Program-made: the position numbers and the translations under genes
In this document: positions 29,994 to 42,602 of the stretch, piece after piece
Numbering within the stretch: the stretch's first letter is position 1
How the letters are laid out: each line of letters opens with the position of its first letter
The notes under the pieces: model-generated
Seen by the model: only the letters and a program-made list of their open reading frames with translations
Databases searched by the model: none
Told to the model about the DNA's origin: nothing
Assembly: GCA_965203055.1 (NCBI GenBank)
Contig: OZ241863.1
Span: 2,400,001 to 2,464,000, forward strand
Origin: Spirochaetia bacterium
GTDB lineage: Bacteria > Spirochaetota > Spirochaetia > SZUA-6 > Bin103
DNA: 64,000 nucleotides
Reading direction: 5' to 3'

Positions 29994-32165
29994 CTACCGC
30001 CGGGCCGGGGCCGCAGCGGCTGCCGCGGACCGCCACTCCAGCGTCACCGGAGCCGCCACGGTGCGGCGGAGCTGCACCAGCGCCGCGGCGCCGCCGTCCG
30101 GCCAGGCCTGCCACCGGTAGTCGGTCCCCGGCGCCAGCGGCCGGCCGCCGGCGGCGCCGGCCAGCGCCGCCGGCGCGTCCCCCGGCCCGTCCGCCAGTCC
30201 GTCCGCCAGCCCGTCGATGAGAAACACCGGCCGGTGCCGGGGAATGGTTCCCGGATCGAAGGTGAAGCTCACCGCCCCGGCCTCGGCCCGCAGCCGATAG
30301 GCGCCCAGGCCGCGGTCGAAGCAGCCGGCCAGCGCCAGCCGCGCCGCCGGTTGCTCCTGCGCCGCGTCAGCGCGCACCAGGGCGCCGCGCTGCGGCGTGA
30401 GCCGGGCGGGCTGCCGGAACTCGGCGCGCAACCGGAGCGCGGCGGCTTCGGCGGCGGCGGTGTCGGCCCCGGGGAGCCAGGCGCAGGCGATCCAGAAGCC
30501 ATACTCGGTGCCCGGTACCGTGGGGGCCGCGCGCAGGTCGTGGCTGGCGGTGAGGCGGCGCGGGCATTGCCAGCCGAAGGCGCGCCCGGGCGCGGACCCG
30601 GCCACGTTGCGCAGCCCGCCCACTACCGCGATCAGATGCCCGGCCGCAGCGCCGGCGCGCACCGGGAACGCCAGCGCCACCGGGTACAGTTCGGCGCACG
30701 GCGCCGCGGCCACGGTCGCCATGGCGTCGCCGACGGGCAGCCGCCAGGGCCGGAACCGGCGCTCGGCGCCGGGCGCGAAGCGCGCCGGTCCGGTGAGGGC
30801 GCGGGCCAGCAGATCGAAGTCGGGCCCGACGCTGCGCCGCACGCGCACCGCCACCCAGTCCGCCACCACGATCCGATCGTCGTAGAACGCCGCGCTGCCG
30901 CGCGCGTAGCCGCGCAGGTCGGCGTCCTGTTCCACGCAGCGCGGCATCGGCCCGCGCCAGCGCACCAGGTCGGCCACCGGGCCTCGGGCCAGCAGGTCCA
31001 GCGCCGCCCCCTGGGTGAACTTGATCTCGGAGCCGCCGATATGGCCGACCTGCAGCCCGCTCTCCCAGAACGGGTTGGTGTCCGGATCGAACGCCGCCGG
31101 GCGGCCGGGAGCCGGCGCCAGATGCAACCGCTGGATGTTGCCGGCGCGCACCAGCGCGGCGTAGGCGCCGCGCCGGACCGCGTGCTTCGCCACCCACTGA
31201 CTGGACGCCGCGGCGAAGGAGTGCCACACGGGCGGCGTTGCGGCCGGGTCGGCCTCCGCAAACAGACCGACGACCTCCACGCCCCCCAGGTAGCCGTCGC
31301 AGGCGCTCAACCGCACCTCCCCGTCCAGGGCCACCTCGTGGCGGGTGCCGTTGAAGTGCCAGCGCAGCTCGCCGCGCGGGGCGGCGGCGGCCACCTGGGC
31401 CGCCGCCAGCACGCGCGGCCGGGAGGCGGGATCGGCGGCCGCGGCGCGCCGCTCCAGCCGCAGCGTCAGCCCGGCGCCGGCGCGCCGGAGGGTGAGCCGG
31501 ATGTGGTTGCCGTCGCTGTAATGGCGGGCGATCAGCCCCCAGGCGGCCTTCGAGCCGGCGCCGGGGGCGGTATAGCGGGCGCTGAGGGCGGCGTGCATCG
31601 CCGCCTCCACGAACAGGTAGGCGCAGCCGCCGGGGGGCGCTCCGGCAGGCGCGGCCGCGTCTGCCGCGTCTGCCGGACGCCCGGCGACCGGCGCGATACC
31701 CGGCCCGGGGCCGGCCTGCCGGCGCCAGGCGCCGTCGCCGTGCCACGCCGCGGCGCGCGGCAGCCAGGCGCGCTGCGGCGCCGCGAAGTCCGCCTCCAGA
31801 CGCAGTTGCGCCGCGACCTCGAACCGGCCGCCGGCCGCGGGCGCGGCGCCGGGAGCGGGAGGCGCGGGCAACCGGCGCGGAGCGCCGGGCGGCGCCTCCG
31901 CTGCCGCCGCGGTAACCAGGTAGCCGCCGGGCGGCAGCACGCTCCAGCCGCGGCCGGGGCCGACGAAGCGCCCGGCGCGCACGTCAACGGGCACCGCGTC
32001 GCAGCCGGCCGCCAGCGGATGGCTGCGCCACACGGCGCGTCCGGCGCGGTCGGCCACCGTCACCACCTGTCCGGCCGGCGCCGCCGCCCGCAGCCGCAGG
32101 GTCGGGTTGCCGTGGGCCGACCCGAAGCCGGCCGCCGGCGGGCCGGGTCCGGCATCACCCGTCAT
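29994..32165 (-). CDS. Large hypothetical protein, beta-rich
   Basis: Long GC3-biased ORF; no family recognised. Confidence 0.65.
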   Translation of the reverse strand: MTGDAGPGPPAAGFGSAHGNPTLRLRAAAPAGQVVTVADRAGRAVWRSHPLAAGCDAVPVDVRAGRFVGPGRGWSVLPPGGYLVTAAAAEAPPGAPRRLPAPPAPGAAPAAGGRFEVAAQLRLEADFAAPQRAWLPRAAAWHGDGAWRRQAGPGPGIAPVAGRPADAADAAAPAGAPPGGCAYLFVEAAMHAALSARYTAPGAGSKAAWGLIARHYSDGNHIRLTLRRAGAGLTLRLERRAAAADPASRPRVLAAAQVAAAAPRGELRWHFNGTRHEVALDGEVRLSACDGYLGGVEVVGLFAEADPAATPPVWHSFAAASSQWVAKHAVRRGAYAALVRAGNIQRLHLAPAPGRPAAFDPDTNPFWESGLQVGHIGGSEIKFTQGAALDLLARGPVADLVRWRGPMPRCVEQDADLRGYARGSAAFYDDRIVVADWVAVRVRRSVGPDFDLLARALTGPARFAPGAERRFRPWRLPVGDAMATVAAAPCAELYPVALAFPVRAGAAAGHLIAVVGGLRNVAGSAPGRAFGWQCPRRLTASHDLRAAPTVPGTEYGFWIACAWLPGADTAAAEAAALRLRAEFRQPARLTPQRGALVRADAAQEQPAARLALAGCFDRGLGAYRLRAEAGAVSFTFDPGTIPRHRPVFLIDGLADGLADGPGDAPAALAGAAGGRPLAPGTDYRWQAWPDGGAAALVQLRRTVAAPVTLEWRSAAAAAAPARR

Positions 32166-32266
32166 GAGGCACCGCGCCGGCCGCTTGGCGGTGATTGCAC
32201 CAATGCCGAGAATGGCGTAGCGTTTTGCAGGCACAGCTCGGTGTTACCCAAGGGGAGGGCGCATTC

Positions 32267-32503
32267 ATGGCTGAGATTTCGGAAAACATCCTCAGTGAGA
32301 TAGAAGCGAGCGGCATCGACGCCTCCGATCTGGGGGTGGAGATTCGCCGCGGGAAGGGGCTGTTCAACCGCCGCAAGGTACTCAACGTGTTCGGCGCGGT
32401 GCATTCCGAGCCGGATCACCAGTCGGTGTTGCGCGTGGTGCGGCGCCACGCCGGCGACAATTACGACGTGACCGACTCGGTGGCGGTGCATCCGCGCCAC
32501 TGA
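32267..32503 (+). CDS. Small BON-domain-like protein
   Basis: RBS AGGGGAGG; LNVFGAVHSE...VTDSVAV resembles BON. Confidence 0.6.
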   Translation: MAEISENILSEIEASGIDASDLGVEIRRGKGLFNRRKVLNVFGAVHSEPDHQSVLRVVRRHAGDNYDVTDSVAVHPRH

Positions 32504-32546
32504 GCGGGGGCCGCTCGAACCGCGCCGGCGGCGGTCGGGCGACCGC

Positions 32547-33143
32547 TCACCGGCCGCCCGCCGCGCCGGCGGCTGACCTCTTGCGGGCCAGGGTGCGGTA
32601 CAGCTCGCCGGTAACCGGCTGCATGCCGGCGGTAATCAGACCGCCGTCGCGCATGATCGCGGCCAGCGCCGAATAGGGCACGCCGCTGGCGCCGTGCTTC
32701 GGCTGCCACTGCATGATCAGCACGCGCCCGTCGGTCTTCAGCAGCCGGTCGAGATCGCGCGCCACCGCCACCCGTTCCGCCCGCGTCTTCTGGTAGTGCA
32801 GGATCTGCACGCAGACGATGAAGTCGGCAACGCCGTCCGGCAGCGCCGCGCGGCGGCCGTCGCCGGCCACCGCGGCAACGTTGGTCAACCCGGCCTGCGC
32901 CGCGCGCGCGGCCACCAACTCGATCATGCGCGGTTCCAGATCGACGGCGTACACCTTCCCGGCGGCGCCCACCAACCGCGCCGCGGCCAGCGTGAACAGC
33001 CCCGGCCCGCAGCCGTAGTCCACCACCGTGAGCCCGGCGGTCACGCCGAGCCCGCGCAGCATCTCGCGCGGATCGGCCGGGCCGAACCGCCCGGCGGCGT
33101 CCAACAGGTGCTTCACCCACTCCTCGGTGTAGCGCTCGCTCAT
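32547..33143 (-). CDS. Class I SAM-dependent methyltransferase
   Basis: VVDYGCGPG, VYAVD, LKTDGRVLI. Confidence 0.9.
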   Translation of the reverse strand: MSERYTEEWVKHLLDAAGRFGPADPREMLRGLGVTAGLTVVDYGCGPGLFTLAAARLVGAAGKVYAVDLEPRMIELVAARAAQAGLTNVAAVAGDGRRAALPDGVADFIVCVQILHYQKTRAERVAVARDLDRLLKTDGRVLIMQWQPKHGASGVPYSALAAIMRDGGLITAGMQPVTGELYRTLARKRSAAGAAGGR

Positions 33144-33985
33144 GCGCGCGGCGCGGCCGGCGGCGCCCGGTAGACCACGGTGTTCAACTCGCTGTCGGCC
33201 AGCTCCCCCGGCGCCCGGCCGCCCAGATAGACGCGCGCGTCGTTGACCCGCGACGGATTGCTCAGGGCATCCACCCGCGTGCCGTCCGGGTAGAAGGTCA
33301 CGATCATCGCCTCGCGCATGGCGGAGGAGCGATTGGCCGGCGCGCCGTGCACGGTCCAGCCGAGGTGGAAGGTGCAGTCGCCGGCGGCCAGCGCCGCGGT
33401 CTGGTAGACGTCGAGGCCCTCGCGGGAAATGAAGTCGTCGAACCGGCGCGCCGACTCCTCGCTGATCTGCTGCCCGCCCAGGTCGCCGTAGCGATGCGAG
33501 CCGCGCACGAAGCGGATGCTACCCATCTCCCGGCTGCAATCCACCAGCGGCATCCACAGCCCCAGCGAGCGGTCGGTGGCGAGCGGCCAATAATACTGAT
33601 CCTGGTGCCAGTGGGAGTCGGCGCCGCCCGGCTGCTTGAACAGCGCCTGCTCGTGGAACAGGCGCACCGCCGGCACCCGCAGCAGGCGGGCCGCAATGGC
33701 GCCGAAGCGCGGCGCCAGGCAGAAGCGGCGCACCCCCTCCGAGTCGAAGCGCAGGCCAAGGGTCTGCAGAAACGCGCCGTGCGCCGCCGCCCGCATCCCG
33801 CGCGCGGCGAAGCGGCGCATGGCGGCGGCGCGGATCACGGCGCCGTAGGCCGCGATCTCCCGCGCGCTCAGCACCGCGCGCAGGACGATGAAGCCGTCGC
33901 GCCAGAACCGATCCACCTGCGCGTCCGAAACCGGGTAATCGGCCTCCAGCGGCGGCAGGTCCGGGTGGTCGTCCGGCGTGCTCAT
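33140..33985 (-). CDS. PhyH-family dioxygenase
   Basis: Start ATG 33985; HWHQD, WMPL, GSH, TFHLGWTVHGA. Confidence 0.9.
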   Translation of the reverse strand: MSTPDDHPDLPPLEADYPVSDAQVDRFWRDGFIVLRAVLSAREIAAYGAVIRAAAMRRFAARGMRAAAHGAFLQTLGLRFDSEGVRRFCLAPRFGAIAARLLRVPAVRLFHEQALFKQPGGADSHWHQDQYYWPLATDRSLGLWMPLVDCSREMGSIRFVRGSHRYGDLGGQQISEESARRFDDFISREGLDVYQTAALAAGDCTFHLGWTVHGAPANRSSAMREAMIVTFYPDGTRVDALSNPSRVNDARVYLGGRAPGELADSELNTVVYRAPPAAPRA

Positions 33986-34074
33986 GCGCGCAGCGTAACC
34001 CACCACTCGGTACTCCGCCAGCGCACGGACCGACGCCGCGTACTCCTCATCGAGATTTCCGAGATTTTCTCGAA

Positions 34075-34109
34075 CCACGTCGGGAACTGACGTAGGAAGG
34101 CAGTAAGTT
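34075..34109 (+). promoter_or_regulatory. Putative WYL (DriD-like) operator plus -10 element
   Basis: CCACGTC-N7-GACGTAG palindrome (34075-34095), then TAAGTT at 34104-34109, 6 nt before ATG 34116. Confidence 0.6.
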
Positions 34110-34115
34110 GATCCC

Positions 34116-36197
34116 ATGGAGTCGATCATCAACGCCTACGAGCGGCGTCTCATCCTGACCTACATGTACCATCTGGTAACGTACGGCGAGCACAACGGCC
34201 TGGGTCACGCTGCTGACGAGGAGTTCCTGCCGGATTGGATCGGCGACCACGCCGACCTGCTGCGCTGCGACCACCTCCCGGCCGGGGCCTGCCACACGCG
34301 GTCACAACTCAAGAAGCTGCTGCGGCGTTTGCGGGAAGACGCCAAGGACGCCCGCAAGGATACCGCGGCGCGCCATCTGCGACGCCTCGGCAAGATGGCG
34401 GAGCTGTCGCGACTCGACCTCGGGATCCTCGAAGTCCTGATCCGCTACAAGACGCAGCCGGTCATCGAGTCGCTGATCGACCACGTGGACCGGCGCCTGC
34501 GGTACTACGTCTTCAACCTGCGCAACCCGATGCTGGGCGGACTGCTCGGCGTCTCGATGACCGCCATCCTGGATCGCGTCCGCGGCGGCGCGCCGCTGAT
34601 CCGCTCCGGGCTGATGTCGGTGGACAGCGACAACGACCTCGTGGTGGTGAAGCGGCTGACGCGGCTGGCGAGCGCGCCGGAACACGCCGGCGGGGACGTG
34701 ACCCGCCTGCTGCTGGGCGAACCTGTCGGCAGCGAACTGGAGTGGCGCGACTTCGCCCATCTCGGCACCGACCGGCGCCACGTCAGGGAGCTCCTGCAAG
34801 GCGCCCTGCAGCGCGGCGCGGCCGGGGTCAACGTGCTGTTGCACGGCCCGGCCGGCAGCGGCAAGACCGAGTTCGCCAAGGCGCTCGCGGCCAAGCTCGG
34901 CGTCAATCTGTTCAGCATCGGCGAGGAGGACGACGACGGCGACGAACCGAGCCGCGTGGAACGGCTGCAGGAACTGAAGATGGCGCAGATGCTGGCCCGC
35001 GACGGCAACTCGATCCTGCTGTTCGACGAGCTGGAGGACCTGCTCGCCTCCGACGCCGAGTGGCTCTGGCGGCTGCCGCTGTTCTCCTCGCCGGCGCGCG
35101 GCAGCGAGGGTTCGAAGGTGTTCCTGAACCGCATGCTTGAGCAGTGTCAGGTGCCGGTCATCTGGACCATGAACGACGCGCGCTCGGTCAGTCCCGTGAT
35201 CCTGCGCCGGATGATGTTCGCGTTGGGGCTGCGCCTGCCGCCCGCCTCGGTGCGGACCTCGATCTGGGAGCGGCAGTTCAACCGCCACGGGGTCACGGTG
35301 CCGCCCGGCACCGCGGCGGTGCTGGCCCGGGAGTACCCGGTCACTCCCGGCGTGGCGGAAGGCGCGATTCGCGGCGCGGGCTACACCAACAGCGGCGCCG
35401 ACGCGGTGCGCCGCGCGGTGAACAACATCGTGCGCGTGCTGCCCGGCGGCCAGGCGCCGCACGAGGCGGAGCCGCCGGAACGCTACGACCCCTCCGTGAT
35501 CCACGCCGACACCGACCTCGTGCGGCTCGCGAAGCAGCTCGTGACGAGTGATTCGCGCCGCTTCTCGCTGTGTCTGGAGGGACCGCCCGGCAGCGGCAAG
35601 AGCGCCTACGTGCGCTACCTGGCCGGCCGCCTCGACCTGCGCGTGCTGCAGAAGCGCGCCTCCGACCTGCTGTCTCCCTATGTCGGCGAAACCGAGCAAC
35701 AGATCTCCGCGGCGTTCAACGAGGCGCGCGCCGAACAGGCGTTCCTGGTGTTCGACGAGGCGGATTCGCTGCTTGCCGACCGCCGGCGCGCGCATCGCAA
35801 CTGGGAAGTGACGCAGGTGAACGAAATGCTGGCCTGGATGGAGAGCCATCCGTTGCCGTTCGCCTGCACCACCAATCTCGGCGCGCTGCTCGATCCGGCG
35901 ACGCTGCGCCGCTTCCTGTTCAAGGTCACCCTGCGCCACCTCACCTCCGCCCAGGCCGAGGCCGCGTTCCGTCTCTACTTCGACCAGCCGGCGCCGCCGG
36001 AGGCCGCGGCGCTCGCCAACCTCACGCCCGCCGACTTCGCCGTGGTGCGCAAGCAGGCCGAGTTCTTCGGCTGCCTGGGGGAGCCGGCCCGCCTGGCCGA
36101 GCTGCTCCGCGCCGAGTGCCAGGCCAAGCCCGGCCTGAACGGGCCGATCGGATTCGATCCGCAGCAGCGCTCATGCCGGCAGCGGCCCGAACGCTGA
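34116..36197 (+). CDS. Tandem AAA+ ATPase
   Basis: Two Walker A/B sets: GPAGSGKT/LLFDE and GPPGSGKS/LVFDEAD; LDPATLRRF; terminal PIGF. Confidence 0.92.
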   Translation: MESIINAYERRLILTYMYHLVTYGEHNGLGHAADEEFLPDWIGDHADLLRCDHLPAGACHTRSQLKKLLRRLREDAKDARKDTAARHLRRLGKMAELSRLDLGILEVLIRYKTQPVIESLIDHVDRRLRYYVFNLRNPMLGGLLGVSMTAILDRVRGGAPLIRSGLMSVDSDNDLVVVKRLTRLASAPEHAGGDVTRLLLGEPVGSELEWRDFAHLGTDRRHVRELLQGALQRGAAGVNVLLHGPAGSGKTEFAKALAAKLGVNLFSIGEEDDDGDEPSRVERLQELKMAQMLARDGNSILLFDELEDLLASDAEWLWRLPLFSSPARGSEGSKVFLNRMLEQCQVPVIWTMNDARSVSPVILRRMMFALGLRLPPASVRTSIWERQFNRHGVTVPPGTAAVLAREYPVTPGVAEGAIRGAGYTNSGADAVRRAVNNIVRVLPGGQAPHEAEPPERYDPSVIHADTDLVRLAKQLVTSDSRRFSLCLEGPPGSGKSAYVRYLAGRLDLRVLQKRASDLLSPYVGETEQQISAAFNEARAEQAFLVFDEADSLLADRRRAHRNWEVTQVNEMLAWMESHPLPFACTTNLGALLDPATLRRFLFKVTLRHLTSAQAEAAFRLYFDQPAPPEAAALANLTPADFAVVRKQAEFFGCLGEPARLAELLRAECQAKPGLNGPIGFDPQQRSCRQRPER

Positions 36198-36294
36198 CTT
36201 CGCGGCCGCAGCGGGCCGCTGCAGCCGCCGCGGCGCGGCGGCCGCCTGCGGTGTACTATCGGACCACCACTTACGGAGAGGCGGCGGGCGGCGT

Positions 36295-37281
36295 ATGGCA
36301 TACGAGCGGGCGGTGGACATCATCAAACTGGCGCTGCGGCTGCAGGCAACGTGGCGCGGGCTCACGCTGGACGACGTCGAACGGGAGTTCGAGGTCTCGC
36401 GGCGCACCGCCGAGCGGCTGCGGGACGCGGTCCGAGACCTCTTTGGCGAGCTTGAGACGGTGAATACCGGCGAGCGCAAGCAGCACCTGCGACTGCGGTC
36501 GCGCGCGCTGCGCAGCCTGGTAACCGTGTCCGCAGACGAATTGGCGGAACTGACCGCGGCCGCGGCGGCGCTGGAACGCAACGGGCTGGAAGAACGCGCC
36601 GCCAAGCTGCGCCAGCTCGCCGACAAGCTGCGCGCGCTGCTGGAGACCGAAGCGCGGACCAGCCTCGAATCCGATCTGCAGGCGCTGATGGTGGCGGAGG
36701 GCGTGGCGATGCGGCCGGGCCCGCGGCCGCGTCTCGACGAAGGTCTGCTCAGCCTGCTGCGCGCCGCCATCAAGCGCCGGCGGGCGGTGGCGTTCGACTA
36801 CCTGGCGCAGGCCACCGGGCGGCGCGACCGGCGCCGCGTGCAGCCCTACGGCATCATCTACGGCAACCGCGCCTTCCTGGTCGGCCATACCGAACGGGGC
36901 CGCGGCATGCGCCTGTGGCGGCTGGCGAACATCAGCGGCGCCCGCCTCACCGAGGAACAGTTCGCGCGCGATCCGGCGTTCGACCTGCGGCAGTTCGCCA
37001 AACGGTCGTTCGGGACCTATCAGGAGGATCCCGTGCCCGTGACGCTGCGCTTCGCGGCGCAGGTGGCGCAGGACGTGAACCACTTCGTGTTCCACCCGGA
37101 CCAGACCGTAACGGAACAGGAGGACGGTTCGCTGACGGTACGCTTCACCGCCGGCGGCCTCGACGAGATCTGCTGGCACCTGTTCACCTGGAGCACCCGC
37201 GCAACCATCGAGCAGCCGGCTCACCTCCGGCAGCGGATGCAGGCCATGTGCGCCGCCCTCGCCGCCCACCACCGCGCCTGA
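36295..37281 (+). CDS. HTH-WYL-WCX transcriptional regulator, DriD-like
   Basis: GLTLDD..VSRRTAERLRDAV, GPRP, WRLANI, FHPDQ, FTAGGLDEICWHLFTW resemble Caulobacter DriD over the full length (from memory). Confidence 0.9.
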   Translation: MAYERAVDIIKLALRLQATWRGLTLDDVEREFEVSRRTAERLRDAVRDLFGELETVNTGERKQHLRLRSRALRSLVTVSADELAELTAAAAALERNGLEERAAKLRQLADKLRALLETEARTSLESDLQALMVAEGVAMRPGPRPRLDEGLLSLLRAAIKRRRAVAFDYLAQATGRRDRRRVQPYGIIYGNRAFLVGHTERGRGMRLWRLANISGARLTEEQFARDPAFDLRQFAKRSFGTYQEDPVPVTLRFAAQVAQDVNHFVFHPDQTVTEQEDGSLTVRFTAGGLDEICWHLFTWSTRATIEQPAHLRQRMQAMCAALAAHHRA

Positions 37282-37983
37282 CTACCCCAGCAGCAGGTCG
37301 GCCAGCTCGTCGAAGTCCGCTACGGTCGCGTCGGGGAGGAACTGCGGTTCGGTCTCTTCATAGGGCAGGCGGTAGCGGTCGACGTAGACGCCGCGCAGGC
37401 CGCAGGTGCGCGCGCCGAGCACGTCGAAGCTGTTGGCCGAGACCATGATCAACTCCCCCACTTCGCGGCGTAGCGTGCGGGCGGCGCCGCGGTACACGGC
37501 CGGATGCGGCTTGAAGGCGCCGGCCGCGTCAACCGAGATCACCCGATCGAACTCGAACCGGATGCGGTGGGCGGTCAGGTGCCGCAACAACGGGGCGTCG
37601 CCGTTGGACAGGGCCGCCAGCTCGAAGCGCGCGCGCAACCGCTCCAGGTTGGCGCGGCACTCGGCAAAGGGGCTGAGCTCGCGCCAGGCGGCGAGGTAGG
37701 CATCGGTCTCGGCCGCGGTGGGCGGCAACTGATGGGCGCGGGCGACGTAGCTGAAGGCGCGGCGCACCGTCTCCAGGTAGCCGCCGTGGCCCAGCAGCAT
37801 CAAGCTGTCCTGATACTGCTCGATCCGTTGCCGGTAGCGGAGCTGGTGCCAGAACGCCGCCGCGTCCACCCCGCCGCGCCCGCGCAGGAAGGCCTCCAGC
37901 GCCGGCCGCAGACTGCCTTCCAGGTCGAGCACGGTACCGAACAGATCGAAGGCAAGGGCGCGGCAGCCCTGCAGCGAGCCCAT
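37282..37983 (-). CDS. Haloacid dehalogenase type II
   Basis: FDLFGT, ALSNG, FKPHPAVY, VSANSFDVLGA. Confidence 0.9.
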   Translation of the reverse strand: MGSLQGCRALAFDLFGTVLDLEGSLRPALEAFLRGRGGVDAAAFWHQLRYRQRIEQYQDSLMLLGHGGYLETVRRAFSYVARAHQLPPTAAETDAYLAAWRELSPFAECRANLERLRARFELAALSNGDAPLLRHLTAHRIRFEFDRVISVDAAGAFKPHPAVYRGAARTLRREVGELIMVSANSFDVLGARTCGLRGVYVDRYRLPYEETEPQFLPDATVADFDELADLLLG

Positions 37984-38008
37984 ATGGCCATCATAGATCA
38001 CTTGCCGG

Positions 38009-39337
38009 TCATTCGCCGGGAGGCGCCAGCAGCCATTCACCGGCGGGCTGCGCCACGACGCCGGCCGGGAGGTCGCCGGGGATGCCGTCGCGAACGAGCG
38101 TCAGCAGCCGCTTGCCGGCGCCGGGGAACATCGCTCCGGCGGCGGCGAGCGCGCGCAGCTCGCGGTTGGCGGTCGCCGCGTCGGAGAGATCCGCGCACAC
38201 CTGGATCAGTTCCGCTTCGCCGCCGGCGCGCCGGGCCAGAAAGTCGACCTCGTACCCTTCCCGGCTGCGCACGTAGGTAACGTCATAGCGGCGCCGTTCC
38301 AGCTCTATCAGGACGGCGGTCTCCAGCGCGTGGCCGACGTTCGCCCGGCCGGTGCGATCGAACAACGGGATCAGTCCCGGATCGACCGGATACGCCTTGC
38401 GGGGGTTCACCATGCGCTGGCGCTCCGACCCCGATTCCATCCACACCAGCCGCACCAGGAAGCAGTCTTCCAGATGGTCCAGGAGCCGATGCAGCGTGTC
38501 CCTGCCGATCGCAATGCCCTGCGACCTGAGCACGGCGTGAAACTTCTCCACGCTGAACATCGAGCCGGCGTTACCCAGCAGGCGACGGACCAGGGCGCGC
38601 AACCCGGCCACGTTGCGCACCTCGTGGCGCTCGATGACGTCGCGCAGCACCGCCACGTCGACGTAGTCGTGGAGCAGCCGGTGCCGCGACGCCGGGTCCA
38701 GACCCTGCGCTTCCGGGAATCCGCCCGCCTGCAGCCAGTCGAGCAACGCGCGCTCCACCTGGGACCGTTCTCTGGGGGCGAGAAAGCCCGGTTCCGCCGG
38801 GACGGGCTGCCGCCGGTGACGCAGGGCCTCCTCGAACGAGAACGGATGCATCACCACCTGCCACGCGCGGCCGCGGAGCGCGGTGGCGATCTCCCGCGAC
38901 AACAACGCGGCCGACGAACCGGTGACGAACACCCGCACCCGCTCGGTGTCGAGCAGGCGGCGCACGAACCGCTCCCACCCGGCGACCATCTGCACTTCGT
39001 CGAAGCACCACGTCACCTCGACGCCGCGCAGGTCGGGAAACCGGCGGTAGTACTCTTCCACCGCCAGCCCCAGGCCGCGGGCGTCGAGACCGACCAGCCG
39101 TTCGTCCTCGAACGACAGGTACGGCAGGCGCTCCCGCGGCACGCCGCGCTCGACGAGGCCGCGGCGCATCCGGTGGAGGAAGGCGGTCTTGCCCGCGCGG
39201 CGGATGCCGGTGACCGCGGTCGCCTTGCCGGGGAACCAAAGCCGGCCGAAGATGCGGCGGGCCGTGTACTCCGGCAGCGGCCGCCGCAGAGAATCGGCGA
39301 GCTGCTCGGACAGGGCCCGGCGCTGCAGTGCATCCAT
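38009..39337 (-). CDS. AAA_14 + DUF4143 ATPase
   Basis: GIRRAGKT, FDEVQ, TGSS, GGFPE, KAYPVDPGL, EVDF...IQVC. Confidence 0.9.
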   Translation of the reverse strand: MDALQRRALSEQLADSLRRPLPEYTARRIFGRLWFPGKATAVTGIRRAGKTAFLHRMRRGLVERGVPRERLPYLSFEDERLVGLDARGLGLAVEEYYRRFPDLRGVEVTWCFDEVQMVAGWERFVRRLLDTERVRVFVTGSSAALLSREIATALRGRAWQVVMHPFSFEEALRHRRQPVPAEPGFLAPRERSQVERALLDWLQAGGFPEAQGLDPASRHRLLHDYVDVAVLRDVIERHEVRNVAGLRALVRRLLGNAGSMFSVEKFHAVLRSQGIAIGRDTLHRLLDHLEDCFLVRLVWMESGSERQRMVNPRKAYPVDPGLIPLFDRTGRANVGHALETAVLIELERRRYDVTYVRSREGYEVDFLARRAGGEAELIQVCADLSDAATANRELRALAAAGAMFPGAGKRLLTLVRDGIPGDLPAGVVAQPAGEWLLAPPGE

Positions 39338-39347
39338 GACGCCAAAC

Positions 39348-39401
39348 TTCTCCTTGCGAAAAGGAGAAAATACCCGATTCTTATCCTTCCCGGAAGGAGA
39401 A
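39348..39401. promoter_or_regulatory. Two palindromes TT(C/A)TCCTT-N5-AAGGAGAA
   Basis: Copies at 39348-39368 and 39381-39401, just upstream of the AAA_14 gene. Confidence 0.7.
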
Positions 39402-39436
39402 ATCAGGCCGCCAGCCCTCCCGGATCGGGCGCAGGA

Positions 39437-42571
<3,135 letters not shown>

Positions 42572-42602
42572 CGCCCGTCCTCCCCTGTGACGATGACGAA
42601 TC

